Below, piece after piece: positions 32,707 through 46,956 of a stretch of DNA of 64,000 nucleotides. The stretch spans positions 46,593 through 110,592 of the forward strand of contig JBFWUK010000006.1 of NCBI GenBank assembly GCA_050247355.1, given 5' to 3'. The position numbers and the translations under genes were made by a program. Numbering within the stretch: position 1 is the first letter of the stretch; every line of letters starts with the position of its first letter. The notes below the pieces were generated by a model. That model was not told the origin of the DNA. It made no database searches and worked only from the letters and a program-made list of their open reading frames with translations. The stretch is from Vicinamibacterales bacterium. Lineage in GTDB: Bacteria > Acidobacteriota > Vicinamibacteria > Vicinamibacterales > UBA2999.

Positions 32707-34116
32707 ATGTCGACACTCGACCGGTTGCGCGGAATTGTCCAGGGGACGCGGCCTGCGGCCGTTCCGGTCATTTCACCAGAACTGCACCCGGTACCGGACG
32801 TTGTGCCGGAAGGCCGGAACTTCAGTTCCGGCGCCGGCCATCACGACATCGCGACCGCCGCATCAACCCTCGGCGGCGCCGTCGTCGAACGCGCCGAGGG
32901 CGCCGTCATCCTCGTCGATCGCGAATATCGTGCGAACGATCTTCACGGCCGCCGCCGCATCGGCGACATCATCGACACCATCCAGGACGGGCGCGAGGCG
33001 CTGGCGACCCTGAGGTCGGCCTGGCCCACCTCCGCCACGGCTACGGTGGGCAAGTCGGCGGCAACCCTCGGCAAACCCCTGCTCTTCCTCGACCTCGAAA
33101 CCACCGGGCTCTTCACCGGCGCCGGCACGCAGGCGTTCCTGGTGGGCTGTGCCGCGATCGACGGGGACTCGATTCGCGTGCGCCAGTTCCTGATGCCGGG
33201 CTTCGAGCATGAACGCGCCGTGCTGGCGGAACTGGCGGCGTGGGCGGACTCGCATGGCGCGCTGGTCACCTACAACGGCAAGACGTTCGACGTACCGTTG
33301 ATCGAGACCCGGTTCATGTTTCACCGGTTGCCGTTCCCGATGGCCGAGACGCCGCACCTCGACATGCTGCATGCGGCGCGGCGGTTGTGGCGCGGCCGGC
33401 CGAACACGGCCGGGCCGGATCCGGATGAAAGCAGTTGCTCGCTGTCGGTGCTCGAGAAGCACCTGGCCGGCCTGCACCGCATTGGTGACGTGCCGGGGTT
33501 CGAGATCCCGTCGCGTTACTTTCAGTTCGTGCGCGATGGCGACGCGCGGCCGCTCGAGGCCGTGCTCGAGCACAATCGCCTCGACTTGATCTCGCTGGCC
33601 GCGGTCATGGCGCGCGCCTTGACCCTGATCGAACGCGGACCCATCGAGTCGTCTCACCCGCAGGAATGTTACGGCCTGGCTCGCCTTTACGAGCGCGCCG
33701 GCGTTACGGAGAACGCCGAGGCCGCGTTGCTGCGCAGCATCGACCTGGCCGGGCGGGCGGGAACCGAGCCTGAGGTACACGGGGATGCGCTGCGTCGCCT
33801 CGCCTGGCTGCGGCGCCGGGCCGGCCGGGTGCACGAGGCGGCCGAGGCGTGGCGTGCCCTCGCCGCGCTACCGCGTTGCGCCGCGGCCCTTCGCCGCGAG
33901 GCGAAGGAAGCGCTGGCGATCTACCACGAGCACCGTTCGCGCGACCTCGGCACGGCGCGTTCGCTGGTGCTGGATGTGTTGAAGGACGACCCGATGGGCC
34001 GCCGCAAGGCCGACGCGGAGCACCGCCTGCAGCGGCTTGAACGGAAGATCGCCGTACGCGAACAGGGCGGCCTGGTGGCCGCCCTGGACGAAACGTTGAG
34101 CTCGGGCCCGCTCTAG
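32707..34116 (+). CDS. RNase H-like DEDDh exonuclease with TPR-like C-terminus (MrfB/YprB-like)
   Basis: DLETTG, YNGKTFD, HLDMLH, HNRLDL; starts directly after the helicase. Confidence 0.85.
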   Translation: MSTLDRLRGIVQGTRPAAVPVISPELHPVPDVVPEGRNFSSGAGHHDIATAASTLGGAVVERAEGAVILVDREYRANDLHGRRRIGDIIDTIQDGREALATLRSAWPTSATATVGKSAATLGKPLLFLDLETTGLFTGAGTQAFLVGCAAIDGDSIRVRQFLMPGFEHERAVLAELAAWADSHGALVTYNGKTFDVPLIETRFMFHRLPFPMAETPHLDMLHAARRLWRGRPNTAGPDPDESSCSLSVLEKHLAGLHRIGDVPGFEIPSRYFQFVRDGDARPLEAVLEHNRLDLISLAAVMARALTLIERGPIESSHPQECYGLARLYERAGVTENAEAALLRSIDLAGRAGTEPEVHGDALRRLAWLRRRAGRVHEAAEAWRALAALPRCAAALRREAKEALAIYHEHRSRDLGTARSLVLDVLKDDPMGRRKADAEHRLQRLERKIAVREQGGLVAALDETLSSGPL

Positions 34117-34388
34117 CTGGGCTTCTTCTTGGCGGCCTTGGCCTTGGTTTCCTTGATCGCCTTGTCGGCGGTCTTGCGTGCCTCGACCGTCTGCGCGCCG
34201 AACTTCTTGGTGAAGCGCGTGATGCGGCCTTCGGTGTCCAGCAGCTTCTGGCGGCCGGTGAAGAAGGGGTGGCAGCTCGAGCACACGTCGAGGTGCAGGT
34301 CCTTGCTGGTGGACTTGGTCATCCACTTCGCGCCACACGCGCAGTGGGCTTCGACTTCGAGGTATTCCGGGTGAATGTTCGGCTTCAT
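34113..34388 (-). CDS. rpmE: 50S ribosomal protein L31 (zinc-binding type)
   Basis: [23 protein letters not shown]. Confidence 0.96.
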   Translation of the reverse strand: MKPNIHPEYLEVEAHCACGAKWMTKSTSKDLHLDVCSSCHPFFTGRQKLLDTEGRITRFTKKFGAQTVEARKTADKAIKETKAKAAKKKPS

Positions 34389-34471
34389 GTCAGCGTCCTT
34401 TCGCTGGATCCGGAGCGGTAGGCTCACTTTCCAGCACGCTAGGGAAACTCAGATTCTACCACGCGGCGCAG

Positions 34472-34632
34472 GTCCGGCTAAAGCCGGACGCTACATATGG
34501 CGTCCGCCCGAGCTCAGGTGCGGCTCAAGCCGGACGCTACAGGTGGCGTCCGCCCGAGCGCAGGTTCGGCTAAAGCGCGACTCTACACAGGGCGTCCGCC
34601 CGATGTGGTGTGGTGTCCGCCTTTAGGCGGAC
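34472..34632. repeat. BIME-like cluster of GTAG-type REPs
   Basis: GTCCGGCTAAAGCCGGACGCTAC-like units at 34472, 34518 and 34564 (46 bp period), plus an opposed copy at 34610-34632. Confidence 0.85.
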
Positions 34633-34634
34633 CC

Positions 34635-35735
34635 TCAGAATTTCGGGATTTGCTGGGTAAAACAGTGAATCGCGCCCAAACCCCAGATCAGGGCACGGCA
34701 ATCCACGCCAATCACCTCGCGTCCGGCAAGGTGGCGCCGCAGCACGGCCATGGCCTGGCGGTCGCGAGAGCGCTGGCCAAACGTCGGCACCAGCAGGGCG
34801 CCGTTCACGAAATAGAAGTTGAGGTAAGTCGCCGGCAACCGCTGCCCGTCGTACGACACCGGCTTCGGCATGGGCAACTCCACCACCTTGAAGGGCCGGC
34901 CGTCCTGGTCGCGCGCCTTGTCGAGTGCCCGACGGGCCTTCTGCAGGACCGCGTAGTTGGCATCCCGCCGGTTGGTCTCCATTCCGATCGCGATGGTCCG
35001 TTCGTCGAGGAAGCGCGCGAGGTCGTCGATGTGTCCGTCGGTGTCGTCGCCCTCGATGCCGTCGCCGAGCCACACCACGTGCCGCTGCCCGTAGTAGTCG
35101 CGCAGGAAGGTCTCGATTCGCCTCTTGGCCTGCGCCTGCCCACCGTAGCCTTGGTGAAGGTGGGCGTTGCGGTTCTTGTTCAGCAGGCACGAGGTGGTGG
35201 TCAGTACGGTGCCGGCGCCGTTGAAGTCGACGGCACCGCCCTCCATCACGATCCCCGGATAGAACACGGGCAGGCCCAGGTGTTCGGCAATCCGCGTCGG
35301 GACGGCATCGTCGGCATCATAGGGCGGGTACTTGCCGCCCCAGGCGTTGAAGCCCCAGTCGACGATGGCGGCTTCGGTCCGGCCGCGGCGGGTCCTGAGC
35401 ACGAACGCCGGGCCGTGATCGCGCGCCCAGCACTCGTTGGTCTTGATGTGATGGAAATGGACCCGGCCGAGTGGCACCTTGCGCGAGCGGAGGAACTCGC
35501 GCACCAGCCGCTCGTAGTTGCCGTTGGGCACGTTCAGATGGACTTCTTCACGAGTGACGAGGACGCGGATGAGGCCGGCGATATCTTCGATGGCTTCGTG
35601 ATGGCGATCGGGAAACGAGATGCCTTCCGGCCGCGGCCACGAAATCAGCGTGCCGCGGTGGGGGTGCCATTCCGGCGGGAACGTGAAGCCGTAATCCGCC
35701 GGCGTGCCCTTGAGCGCGCGTGCGCGGGTCGTCAT
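34635..35735 (-). CDS. aguA: Agmatine deiminase family protein
   Basis: PPEW, WARDHGP, FNAWG, EGGA, DTDGHID, GAIHCFTQQ. Confidence 0.88.
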   Translation of the reverse strand: MTTRARALKGTPADYGFTFPPEWHPHRGTLISWPRPEGISFPDRHHEAIEDIAGLIRVLVTREEVHLNVPNGNYERLVREFLRSRKVPLGRVHFHHIKTNECWARDHGPAFVLRTRRGRTEAAIVDWGFNAWGGKYPPYDADDAVPTRIAEHLGLPVFYPGIVMEGGAVDFNGAGTVLTTTSCLLNKNRNAHLHQGYGGQAQAKRRIETFLRDYYGQRHVVWLGDGIEGDDTDGHIDDLARFLDERTIAIGMETNRRDANYAVLQKARRALDKARDQDGRPFKVVELPMPKPVSYDGQRLPATYLNFYFVNGALLVPTFGQRSRDRQAMAVLRRHLAGREVIGVDCRALIWGLGAIHCFTQQIPKF

Positions 35736-36643
35736 CAATCGGAGAAGCGCTTGGTGAGATCGCCGTAGGCGTCGATGCGGCGATCGCGCAGGAACGGCCA
35801 GTGGGTGCGGCTGAACTCGACGTTGGCCAGGTCGCACGGCACCACCAGCACGGCTTCCTTGTCGCTCGGCGCGCGCTCGACCACCTGGCCGTTGGGCGAG
35901 GCGACGAACGACTGGCCCCAGAACACCAGGCCGTCCCTGTCGACGGGCGCGCCGTTGCTGCCCTTGATGAACTCGTGGCCAATGCGGTTGGGCACACACA
36001 CGTAGCAGCCGTTGGCGACCGCGTGGCTGCGCTGAATCAGCTCCCACGAATCGTGCTGCGCCACGCCGTACTGCTTCTTCTCGGACGGGTGCCAGCCGAT
36101 CGCGGTGGGGTAGAACAGGATCTCGGCGCCCTGCATGGCGGTCAGGCGCGCGCCCTCGGGAAACCACTGATCCCAGCAGATCAGCACGCCGATCGTCGCC
36201 ACCTTGGTCTTCCAGGCGCGGAAGCCGGTGTCGCCGGGCGTGAAGTAGAACTTCTCGTAGAACAGCGGGTCGTCGGGGATGTGCATCTTGCGATACACGC
36301 CCATCAGCGAACCGTCGGCATCGATCACGGCGGCGGTGTTGTGATACACGCCGGCGGCGCGTTTCTCGAACAGCGAGGCCACGATCACCGCGCGATACTT
36401 CTTCGCCAGCCTGCCGAAGGCGTCGGTTGACGGCCCGGGAATAGCCTCGGCCAACGCAAAGAACCGATGCTCTTCGCTCTGGCAGAAGTACTGCGACCGG
36501 AACAGCTCCTGCGTGCAGACGATCTTCGCGCCCTTCTTCAGGGCGCGCTCGAGCAGCGTCAGTTGTTTGGCGAGATTCTTCTTCGGGTCTTCGCCGCACG
36601 CCATCTGCGTGAGGCCCACCTTCACCGTCGTCGACGCGGACAT
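35735..36643 (-). CDS. aguB: Carbon-nitrogen hydrolase, probable N-carbamoylputrescine amidase
   Basis: E-K-C triad (QELF, RKMHIPDDP, ICWDQWFPE); FLRDRR; coupled to aguA. Confidence 0.85.
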   Translation of the reverse strand: MSASTTVKVGLTQMACGEDPKKNLAKQLTLLERALKKGAKIVCTQELFRSQYFCQSEEHRFFALAEAIPGPSTDAFGRLAKKYRAVIVASLFEKRAAGVYHNTAAVIDADGSLMGVYRKMHIPDDPLFYEKFYFTPGDTGFRAWKTKVATIGVLICWDQWFPEGARLTAMQGAEILFYPTAIGWHPSEKKQYGVAQHDSWELIQRSHAVANGCYVCVPNRIGHEFIKGSNGAPVDRDGLVFWGQSFVASPNGQVVERAPSDKEAVLVVPCDLANVEFSRTHWPFLRDRRIDAYGDLTKRFSD

Positions 36644-36653
36644 GGCGTTATTC

Positions 36654-36714
36654 TAAACAGGAGATCAGGAGATCAACAGATCAAAAGCATGGCTTCTGAC
36701 CTCTTGATCTCTTG

Positions 36715-36717
<3 letters not shown>
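36654..36717. repeat. Inverted element with 8 bp unit arms
   Basis: TAAACAGGAGATCAGGAGATCAACAGATC ... GACCTCTTGATCTCTTGTTA. Confidence 0.75.
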
Positions 36718-38139
<1,422 letters not shown>

Positions 38140-38772
38140 AGTGCATCCAATCCTTCACCGGTCTCCGCCGACACGGGCGTCACCGGGCTTGAGTAAAGCC
38201 GTTCCAGTTCCGAGAGATGACGATGCCGCTCGGCACGCGTCAGTTTGTCGACCTTCGTTGCCACCACATGGCGCTCGATGCCCATCCGGCTCAACCACGT
38301 CCAGGCGATGCGATCCGCATCCAGCCCCGGATGCCGGCTGTCGACCAGCGCCAGCACCCCGCAAAAACAACCTTCCGCTCGCGCCGGCCCGGCGGTGCCA
38401 GGCCGCTCGCTGGCAGGCGGCCCGTCCAGCTGGTGGTCCGGGTCGGCGTGCCGGCTGCTGAAGTACTCCGCGGCCAGCGCGTCGAATTCCTGGCGGCTCT
38501 TCTCGCCTCCGCGTGCGTAGCCATAACCGGGGAGGTCGACCAGGTAAAACGGGGGCCTGCTCTCGACGGCCACCCGGTAAAAGTTCGCCAGGCGCGTCTT
38601 GCCGGGAGCGGCGCTGGTCCGCGCCAGTTTCCGGCGGACCAGGGCGTTGATTAGCGTCGACTTGCCGACGTTCGACCGGCCCACCATGGCCAACTCTGGA
38701 ACGCCGTCGCGCGGAAACCCGGCGGTGCCGGCCGCGCTCGTAACGAACTCAGATGAGACCTTCAAACCAGGG

Positions 38773-38841
38773 CCACAGATGACGCAGATAACACAGAGTT
38801 CAAGACCTCAAACCGTCAAGCCCCCAAGACCTCAAGACCTC
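38773..38841. repeat. Adjacent 9 bp (x3) and 8 bp (x5) tandem repeats
   Basis: CCACAGATG ACGCAGATA ACACAGAGT, then TCAAGACC-like units. Confidence 0.75.
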
Positions 38842-38849
38842 CGGTTCCA

Positions 38850-41231
<2,382 letters not shown>

Positions 41232-41245
41232 ATTGTTGGGTTCTA

Positions 41246-41328
41246 TCGGGAGTCGGGAGTCGGCCGTCGGGAATGTGACTCAGGCGTTTGGTATTTCGGT
41301 TCCCGGTTCCCGTCTCCCGGTTGCCGAC
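41246..41328. repeat. Inverted element with 7 bp unit arms
   Basis: (TCGGGAG)-like x4 ... (TCCCGGT)-like x5. Confidence 0.75.
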
Positions 41329-41338
41329 ATGCTTCGTG

Positions 41339-42589
<1,251 letters not shown>

Positions 42590-42604
42590 GCCGTATAACC
42601 TAGG

Positions 42605-43207
42605 TTACACCCGTTTCCGAATGACATCGTCAATAATTCCGTACTCTTTGCCCTGGTCGGCCGACATGATGTAGTCGCGTTCCGTGTCGTCCTGGATGCG
42701 CTTCATGTCCTGGCCCGTGTGATGGACCAGAATCTCGTTGATTCGCGCGCGCATGCGGATGATTTCCTTGGCCGCCAGGTCGATGTCGGTGGCCTGGCCG
42801 CCCAGGCCCGACATCCACGGCTGGTGGATGAGGATGCGCGAATTGGGCAGGGAAAACCGCTTGCCCTTGGTCCCCGCCGCCAGCAGCACCGCCGCAATCG
42901 ATGCCGCCTGGCCGATGCAGATGGTCTGCACGTCGGGGCGAATGAACTGCATGGTGTCGTAGATGGCAAACCCGGCCGTAATCGACCCGCCAGGACTGTT
43001 CAGATAGAGCTGAATGTCCTTGTCCGGGTCCTCGGCTTCCAGGAACAGCATCTGGGCAATCGCCAGGTTGGCCACGCCGTCGTCAATCGGCGTGCCGATG
43101 AAGATGATGTTGTCCTTGAGGAGGCGCGAAAAGATGTCGTAGGCGCGCTCGCCGCGGTTGGTCTGTTCGACCACCATCGGCACCAGTTGGTTCTGATAGA
43201 CGCTCAT
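42605..43207 (-). CDS. clpP: Clp protease proteolytic subunit
   Basis: [27 protein letters not shown]. Confidence 0.97.
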   Translation of the reverse strand: MSVYQNQLVPMVVEQTNRGERAYDIFSRLLKDNIIFIGTPIDDGVANLAIAQMLFLEAEDPDKDIQLYLNSPGGSITAGFAIYDTMQFIRPDVQTICIGQAASIAAVLLAAGTKGKRFSLPNSRILIHQPWMSGLGGQATDIDLAAKEIIRMRARINEILVHHTGQDMKRIQDDTERDYIMSADQGKEYGIIDDVIRKRV

Positions 43208-43268
43208 ATGTGGGCTTCTCTACTGTTATCGGCTGAGACGCGGGGAAGTGCAATAGCCAAGCGGCCGG

Positions 43269-44558
43269 TCAGGATTTGGTGATCCTGGCCCGGGCCAGGA
43301 CCAGGGACACGGCCTTTTCCCGGCGCAATCCGGCGGCCAGGCGGCCCAGCTCGCCGTCTTTCTGCAGCCGCGCCTTGATGCTGGGCACGGTGTGGCCGGT
43401 CTGTTCTGCATACCGCTGCAATTCGGCATCGAGGTCCTCGTCGCTGACCGTGACGTTCTCGCGCCGGGCAATCTCATCGAGCGCGATGGCCGAGCCCACG
43501 GCTTCGGTCGCTGGCGCGCGCTGGCCTTCGCGGAACGCGTTCCAGTCGATGTTGGCCTGGCGCGGATCGATTCGCTGTTCCATCAGCCGCCGCGCGAAAT
43601 CCTCGAGCCGGCGATCGATCTCGCGCTCGACCAGCGACGCCGGCACGGGAAACGGCACCCGTGCTGCCAGCTGCTTCAGCAGGTCCTGGCGCAACTGGCG
43701 CTCCGCCGCGTGCATGGCCTCGTGCTCGAGGTCTTCGCGCACGCGCGCGCGCAGGGCGTCGAGCGAGTCGAACTCGCCCAGGTCCTTCGCCAGCTCGTCA
43801 TCCAGCGGCGGCACGACGCGCTTCTTGATTTCCTTGAGGGTCACCGTGTAGTCGACGGTGCCGCCCGCCAGTTCGGCGATGGTGTAGTCGGCCGGATAGG
43901 TGATGGTGAAGCTCTTGGTGGTGCCGGGGGCCATGCCCAGCATCTCGGCATCGAAGCCCGGCGGGTTCGACGGCGCGCCGAGTTCGATCGACACCTGCTC
44001 GTGCTTTTCGCGCTCGCCCTGCTTGCCGTCCTTGTCGGTGCCCTGGCGCTCGAGGCTGATCACCACGGTGTGGCCGGCGTCGACCAGGCCGGTCTCGACC
44101 GCCTCGAAACGCGCGGCGCGTTCGCGCAGGCGTTCGAGCGACTGGTTGACCACGTCATCGGCAATCGTCGCCGCGGGCTGCGTCGCCTCGATGGTGGCCA
44201 GGTCGCCGGGATCGAACGGCGGCACCACGTCGAACGAGGCCTTGAAGGTGAGCGCCTTGCCCTCTTCGAGCACCAGGTCCTTGATCTCGGGCGTGTCGAT
44301 CGGCTCGACGCTGCGCTCGACCAGCGCCTCGCCGACGGCCCTGCTGATCAGGGTCTCGGCGACGTCCTGCATGATCTCGCCCTTGAAGCGCTGGCGGACC
44401 ACGGTGGCCGGTACCTTGCCGGGTCGGAAGCCGGGGATTTTCGCAGCGCGGCCAATGCGGGCCGCAGCGCGGCCGATCGCCTCGTCCACCACGGTGCTGG
44501 GGACTTCCACCGTGAGGTCACGGCGCGTTTCGTTCACGTCGACGATTTCTGATTTCAT
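43269..44558 (-). CDS. tig: Trigger factor
   Basis: IPGFRPGKVP ribosome-binding motif; upstream of clpP. The longer ORF start would run through the tRNA, so ATG 44558 is used. Confidence 0.95.
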   Translation of the reverse strand: MKSEIVDVNETRRDLTVEVPSTVVDEAIGRAAARIGRAAKIPGFRPGKVPATVVRQRFKGEIMQDVAETLISRAVGEALVERSVEPIDTPEIKDLVLEEGKALTFKASFDVVPPFDPGDLATIEATQPAATIADDVVNQSLERLRERAARFEAVETGLVDAGHTVVISLERQGTDKDGKQGEREKHEQVSIELGAPSNPPGFDAEMLGMAPGTTKSFTITYPADYTIAELAGGTVDYTVTLKEIKKRVVPPLDDELAKDLGEFDSLDALRARVREDLEHEAMHAAERQLRQDLLKQLAARVPFPVPASLVEREIDRRLEDFARRLMEQRIDPRQANIDWNAFREGQRAPATEAVGSAIALDEIARRENVTVSDEDLDAELQRYAEQTGHTVPSIKARLQKDGELGRLAAGLRREKAVSLVLARARITKS

Positions 44559-44576
44559 GATCTGTGTGATGGGAGC

Positions 44577-44666
44577 GCCCTTCGATTCGCTGCGCTCGTT
44601 CAGGGCACCATTCGTTCGCCCTCTTGAACTGGCCATGAGCGAGGCCCACTGGGCCGAGTCGACTGG
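44577..44666. repeat. Two REP-like palindromes between tRNA-Leu and tig
   Basis: GCCCTTCGATTCGCTGCGCTCGTTCAGGGC and CCATGAGCGAGGCCCACTGGGCCGAGTCGACTGG. Confidence 0.65.
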
Positions 44667-44750
44667 TGCGAAAGAAGGGACTCGAACCCTTACAGCCTTT
44701 CGGCCACCGGCTCCTAAGGCCGGCGCGTCTGCCAATTCCGCCACTTTCGC
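44664..44750 (-). tRNA. tRNA-Leu (anticodon TAG)
   Basis: GCGAAAG acceptor stem, GGAATTGGCAGAC D arm, CCGGC-CTTAGGA-GCCGG anticodon arm, long variable arm, GGTTCGAGTCC, encoded CCA; 87 nt. Confidence 0.97.
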
Positions 44751-44771
44751 GCGCGGACGATCCTAACGAGG

Positions 44772-45698
44772 TTAACACGGACGGGGCTCGATGTTCGACA
44801 CCACGAGTTCCTCGACCGTTCCTCGCCGCCGGGCGTTCGAATTGACCGCCCGCCGGGCCGGGAACCGCCAGGCGCGCAGGCCGGCGGCCCGGGCCTCGGC
44901 ATTGCCGTCATACAACCGGGCCACCGACGGGGCGGTTGAATTACTGAGCAGCACGTGGACGCCGCGCCGCGACAGTTCGATCAGCACTTGCTGCAGGTCT
45001 TGCTGGTCGGCGTCGGTAAAGCCGCGTCCCGTGTAGCCGCGGAAGTTCGCGGTCTTGCTGACCGGCGCGTAGGGCGGATCGAAGTACACGAAGTCGCCGG
45101 CCCGGGCGTCGTGCAGCACCCGATCGAACGCGGCGCGCTGCACCCGCACGTTGGGCCGCGTCAGCACCGCCGAGACCTCGGCCAGCAGCGCGCGGTCGAC
45201 AATCCGCGGCCGTTCGTAGCGGCCCGGCGGCACGTTGTATTCACCACTCGAGTTGAGGCGGAACAGGCCGTTGTAGCCGGTCCGGTTAAGGTAGATCAGC
45301 ATCGCCGCGAGGCCGGCGCCGTAGTCGGCGACCGCGCTGCCGGCGGCGCGCCAGTCGGCGCGCTGTGGGTTGAACTGGGTATCGCGCACGCGCAGGTAGT
45401 GCGCGCGCGGATCCCGGGCGTGGCCGTCGGCGAGTTCCTCGAGCGCGGCCAGCACCGCGGGCAGGGCATCGCCGACGCGCGCGTAACAGCCAATCAGGTC
45501 GGCGTTGTCGTCGCTCAGCGTGATCGGCCGGTTGTCCACGGTGCCGTGCGCCAGGAGATCGAAGAACACCGCGCCGCTGCCCACGAACGGCTCGAAGTAG
45601 CCGCCGGGGGCCGTCGGGTAATAGCGGCGCAGGACCGGCAGCAATTGCCGCTTGCCGCCAACCCATTTCAGAAACGGGCGCAGGCCCCGGCGTTCCAC
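44772..45698 (-). CDS. dam: Dam-family DNA adenine methyltransferase (orphan)
   Basis: KWVGGK, EPFVGSGAV, YNGLFRLN, DPPY. Confidence 0.88.
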   Translation of the reverse strand: MERRGLRPFLKWVGGKRQLLPVLRRYYPTAPGGYFEPFVGSGAVFFDLLAHGTVDNRPITLSDDNADLIGCYARVGDALPAVLAALEELADGHARDPRAHYLRVRDTQFNPQRADWRAAGSAVADYGAGLAAMLIYLNRTGYNGLFRLNSSGEYNVPPGRYERPRIVDRALLAEVSAVLTRPNVRVQRAAFDRVLHDARAGDFVYFDPPYAPVSKTANFRGYTGRGFTDADQQDLQQVLIELSRRGVHVLLSNSTAPSVARLYDGNAEARAAGLRAWRFPARRAVNSNARRRGTVEELVVSNIEPRPC

Positions 45699-45744
45699 CC
45701 CGACATTCTAGTGGAGTGTCCGTTTGATAACTAAGCCAGGTCGG

Positions 45745-46224
45745 TCAGAATGACGAGTCGGCTTCGGTCCACCACCACAGCGCCAGCGCCATCGTCAGCA
45801 GCACGGCCGCCATGGCCACGGTCTGCACCTGCGACACCAGCCGGCCGCCGAGCTCCGTGCGCGCCGCCTCGGACACCGCGGCGAAGTCGATCGACACGGT
45901 GAGCAAGCCGAGCGACCAGGCGATGCCGACGAGTCCGGCCAGCACGACGAGCACGCCCGCCGCCATGGCCAGGTTGAATCCGAGGTCGACCGCGCGTTCG
46001 GTTCGCCAGCGGTCGCGCTGCACCATGGCCATGACGCCGGTCGTGAAGGCGGCAGAAGGGGCCGGCAGCTCGCGGCCGAGCAGGAAGCGCTCGATGTCGC
46101 GGGCCTGCTCGACGCGGCGCCGGCAGACGGCGCAGGTGTCGAGGTGTGCGCGCTCGCCGGCATCGGGCTCGGCCGAGCCGTCGGCGAAGCCTTCGATCAA
46201 CGGTTCGAGGTGGTCGCAGTCCAC
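45745..46224 (-). CDS. Zinc-finger membrane anti-sigma factor
   Basis: C..H...HLDTCAVC (HxxxCxxC) plus two TM helices; follows the ECF gene. Confidence 0.8.
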   Translation of the reverse strand: MDCDHLEPLIEGFADGSAEPDAGERAHLDTCAVCRRRVEQARDIERFLLGRELPAPSAAFTTGVMAMVQRDRWRTERAVDLGFNLAMAAGVLVVLAGLVGIAWSLGLLTVSIDFAAVSEAARTELGGRLVSQVQTVAMAAVLLTMALALWWWTEADSSF

Positions 46225-46225
46225 G

Positions 46226-46819
46226 TCAGCGAAACTCCGTTTCGAGCAGGTGCCGCAGTTGCCGCTTGGCCCGGTGCAGGTGCGTCTTCACCGTGCCCAT
46301 CGGCAGGTCCAGGGCGGCAGCCAGCTCGTCGTACTGCAACCCCTTCAAGTAGTGCCCGTTGATCAGTACCTGGTAGCGGATGGGCAACCGCTGGATGGCT
46401 TTGTCGAGGCGATCCTTCAGCGCCAGGTCCGCAAACGACCGATCATCAGTGCCCGGTTTCAATCGTGGCTCGGTCTCGCCGGGCGCCACCTCGTCCAGCG
46501 ACGCGGTCGCCACTTCGGGCCGCGCCTGCGACAGCACGTTGACGGTGATCCGGTAGATCCACGTCGACAACCTGGCGTCGCCCCGGAAATAGGGCAGGCC
46601 GCGATGCACCTTCAGGAACACGTCCTGCGCCAGTTCTTCGGCCCGGGCGTGGTCGCGGACACTGCGCGCCGTGAGGGCGAACACCAGCCCCTTGAACTGG
46701 TCGACCAACTCGCGAAATGCGGTTTCATCGCCCTGCCGGCACCGCTCGATCAGCTCGTGCTCGGCCACCCCGCCGCGCATGGTCCGCGCCGCGGAGGCTC
46801 CGCTTTCGGTCGCCCTCAT
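46226..46819 (-). CDS. ECF RNA polymerase sigma factor
   Basis: AEELAQDVF, STWIYRI, GTVKTHLHRA. Confidence 0.92.
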   Translation of the reverse strand: MRATESGASAARTMRGGVAEHELIERCRQGDETAFRELVDQFKGLVFALTARSVRDHARAEELAQDVFLKVHRGLPYFRGDARLSTWIYRITVNVLSQARPEVATASLDEVAPGETEPRLKPGTDDRSFADLALKDRLDKAIQRLPIRYQVLINGHYLKGLQYDELAAALDLPMGTVKTHLHRAKRQLRHLLETEFR

Positions 46820-46831
46820 TCGCCGTCGGGA

Positions 46832-46863
46832 AGATTAGAGCGCGGGGCCACGGGTTTTGTTTC
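46832..46863 (-). promoter_or_regulatory. ECF-type promoter for the sigma operon
   Basis: GAAACAA-N16-CTCTAATCT on the minus strand. Confidence 0.7.
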
Positions 46864-46900
46864 GCTCCCACCGCATCCGGCGCGTCGCGGGACCTCGGCT

Positions 46901-46932
46901 GAAACAATCCGGATGCGGACCCAGTCTAATCT
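46901..46932 (+). promoter_or_regulatory. ECF-type promoter for the divergent membrane protein
   Basis: GAAACAA-N16-GTCTAATCT. Confidence 0.7.
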
Positions 46933-46956
46933 CCCCAGTCTAGGATTGGAGACCTG

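Noticed and set aside
35736..36599. Apparent 654 aa agmatine deiminase with a long N-terminal extension
   Set aside because: The extension is an alternative frame of aguB; the likely start is ATG 35735, overlapping the aguB stop.
36614..36626. GCCCACCTTCACC match to the coding REP within the start of aguB
   Set aside because: Only half of the element is present, and it encodes the ordinary nitrilase-family first strand (VKVG); probably chance.
44559..44744. Trigger factor N-terminal extension in the ORF track
   Set aside because: It reads through the tRNA-Leu gene and the repeats.
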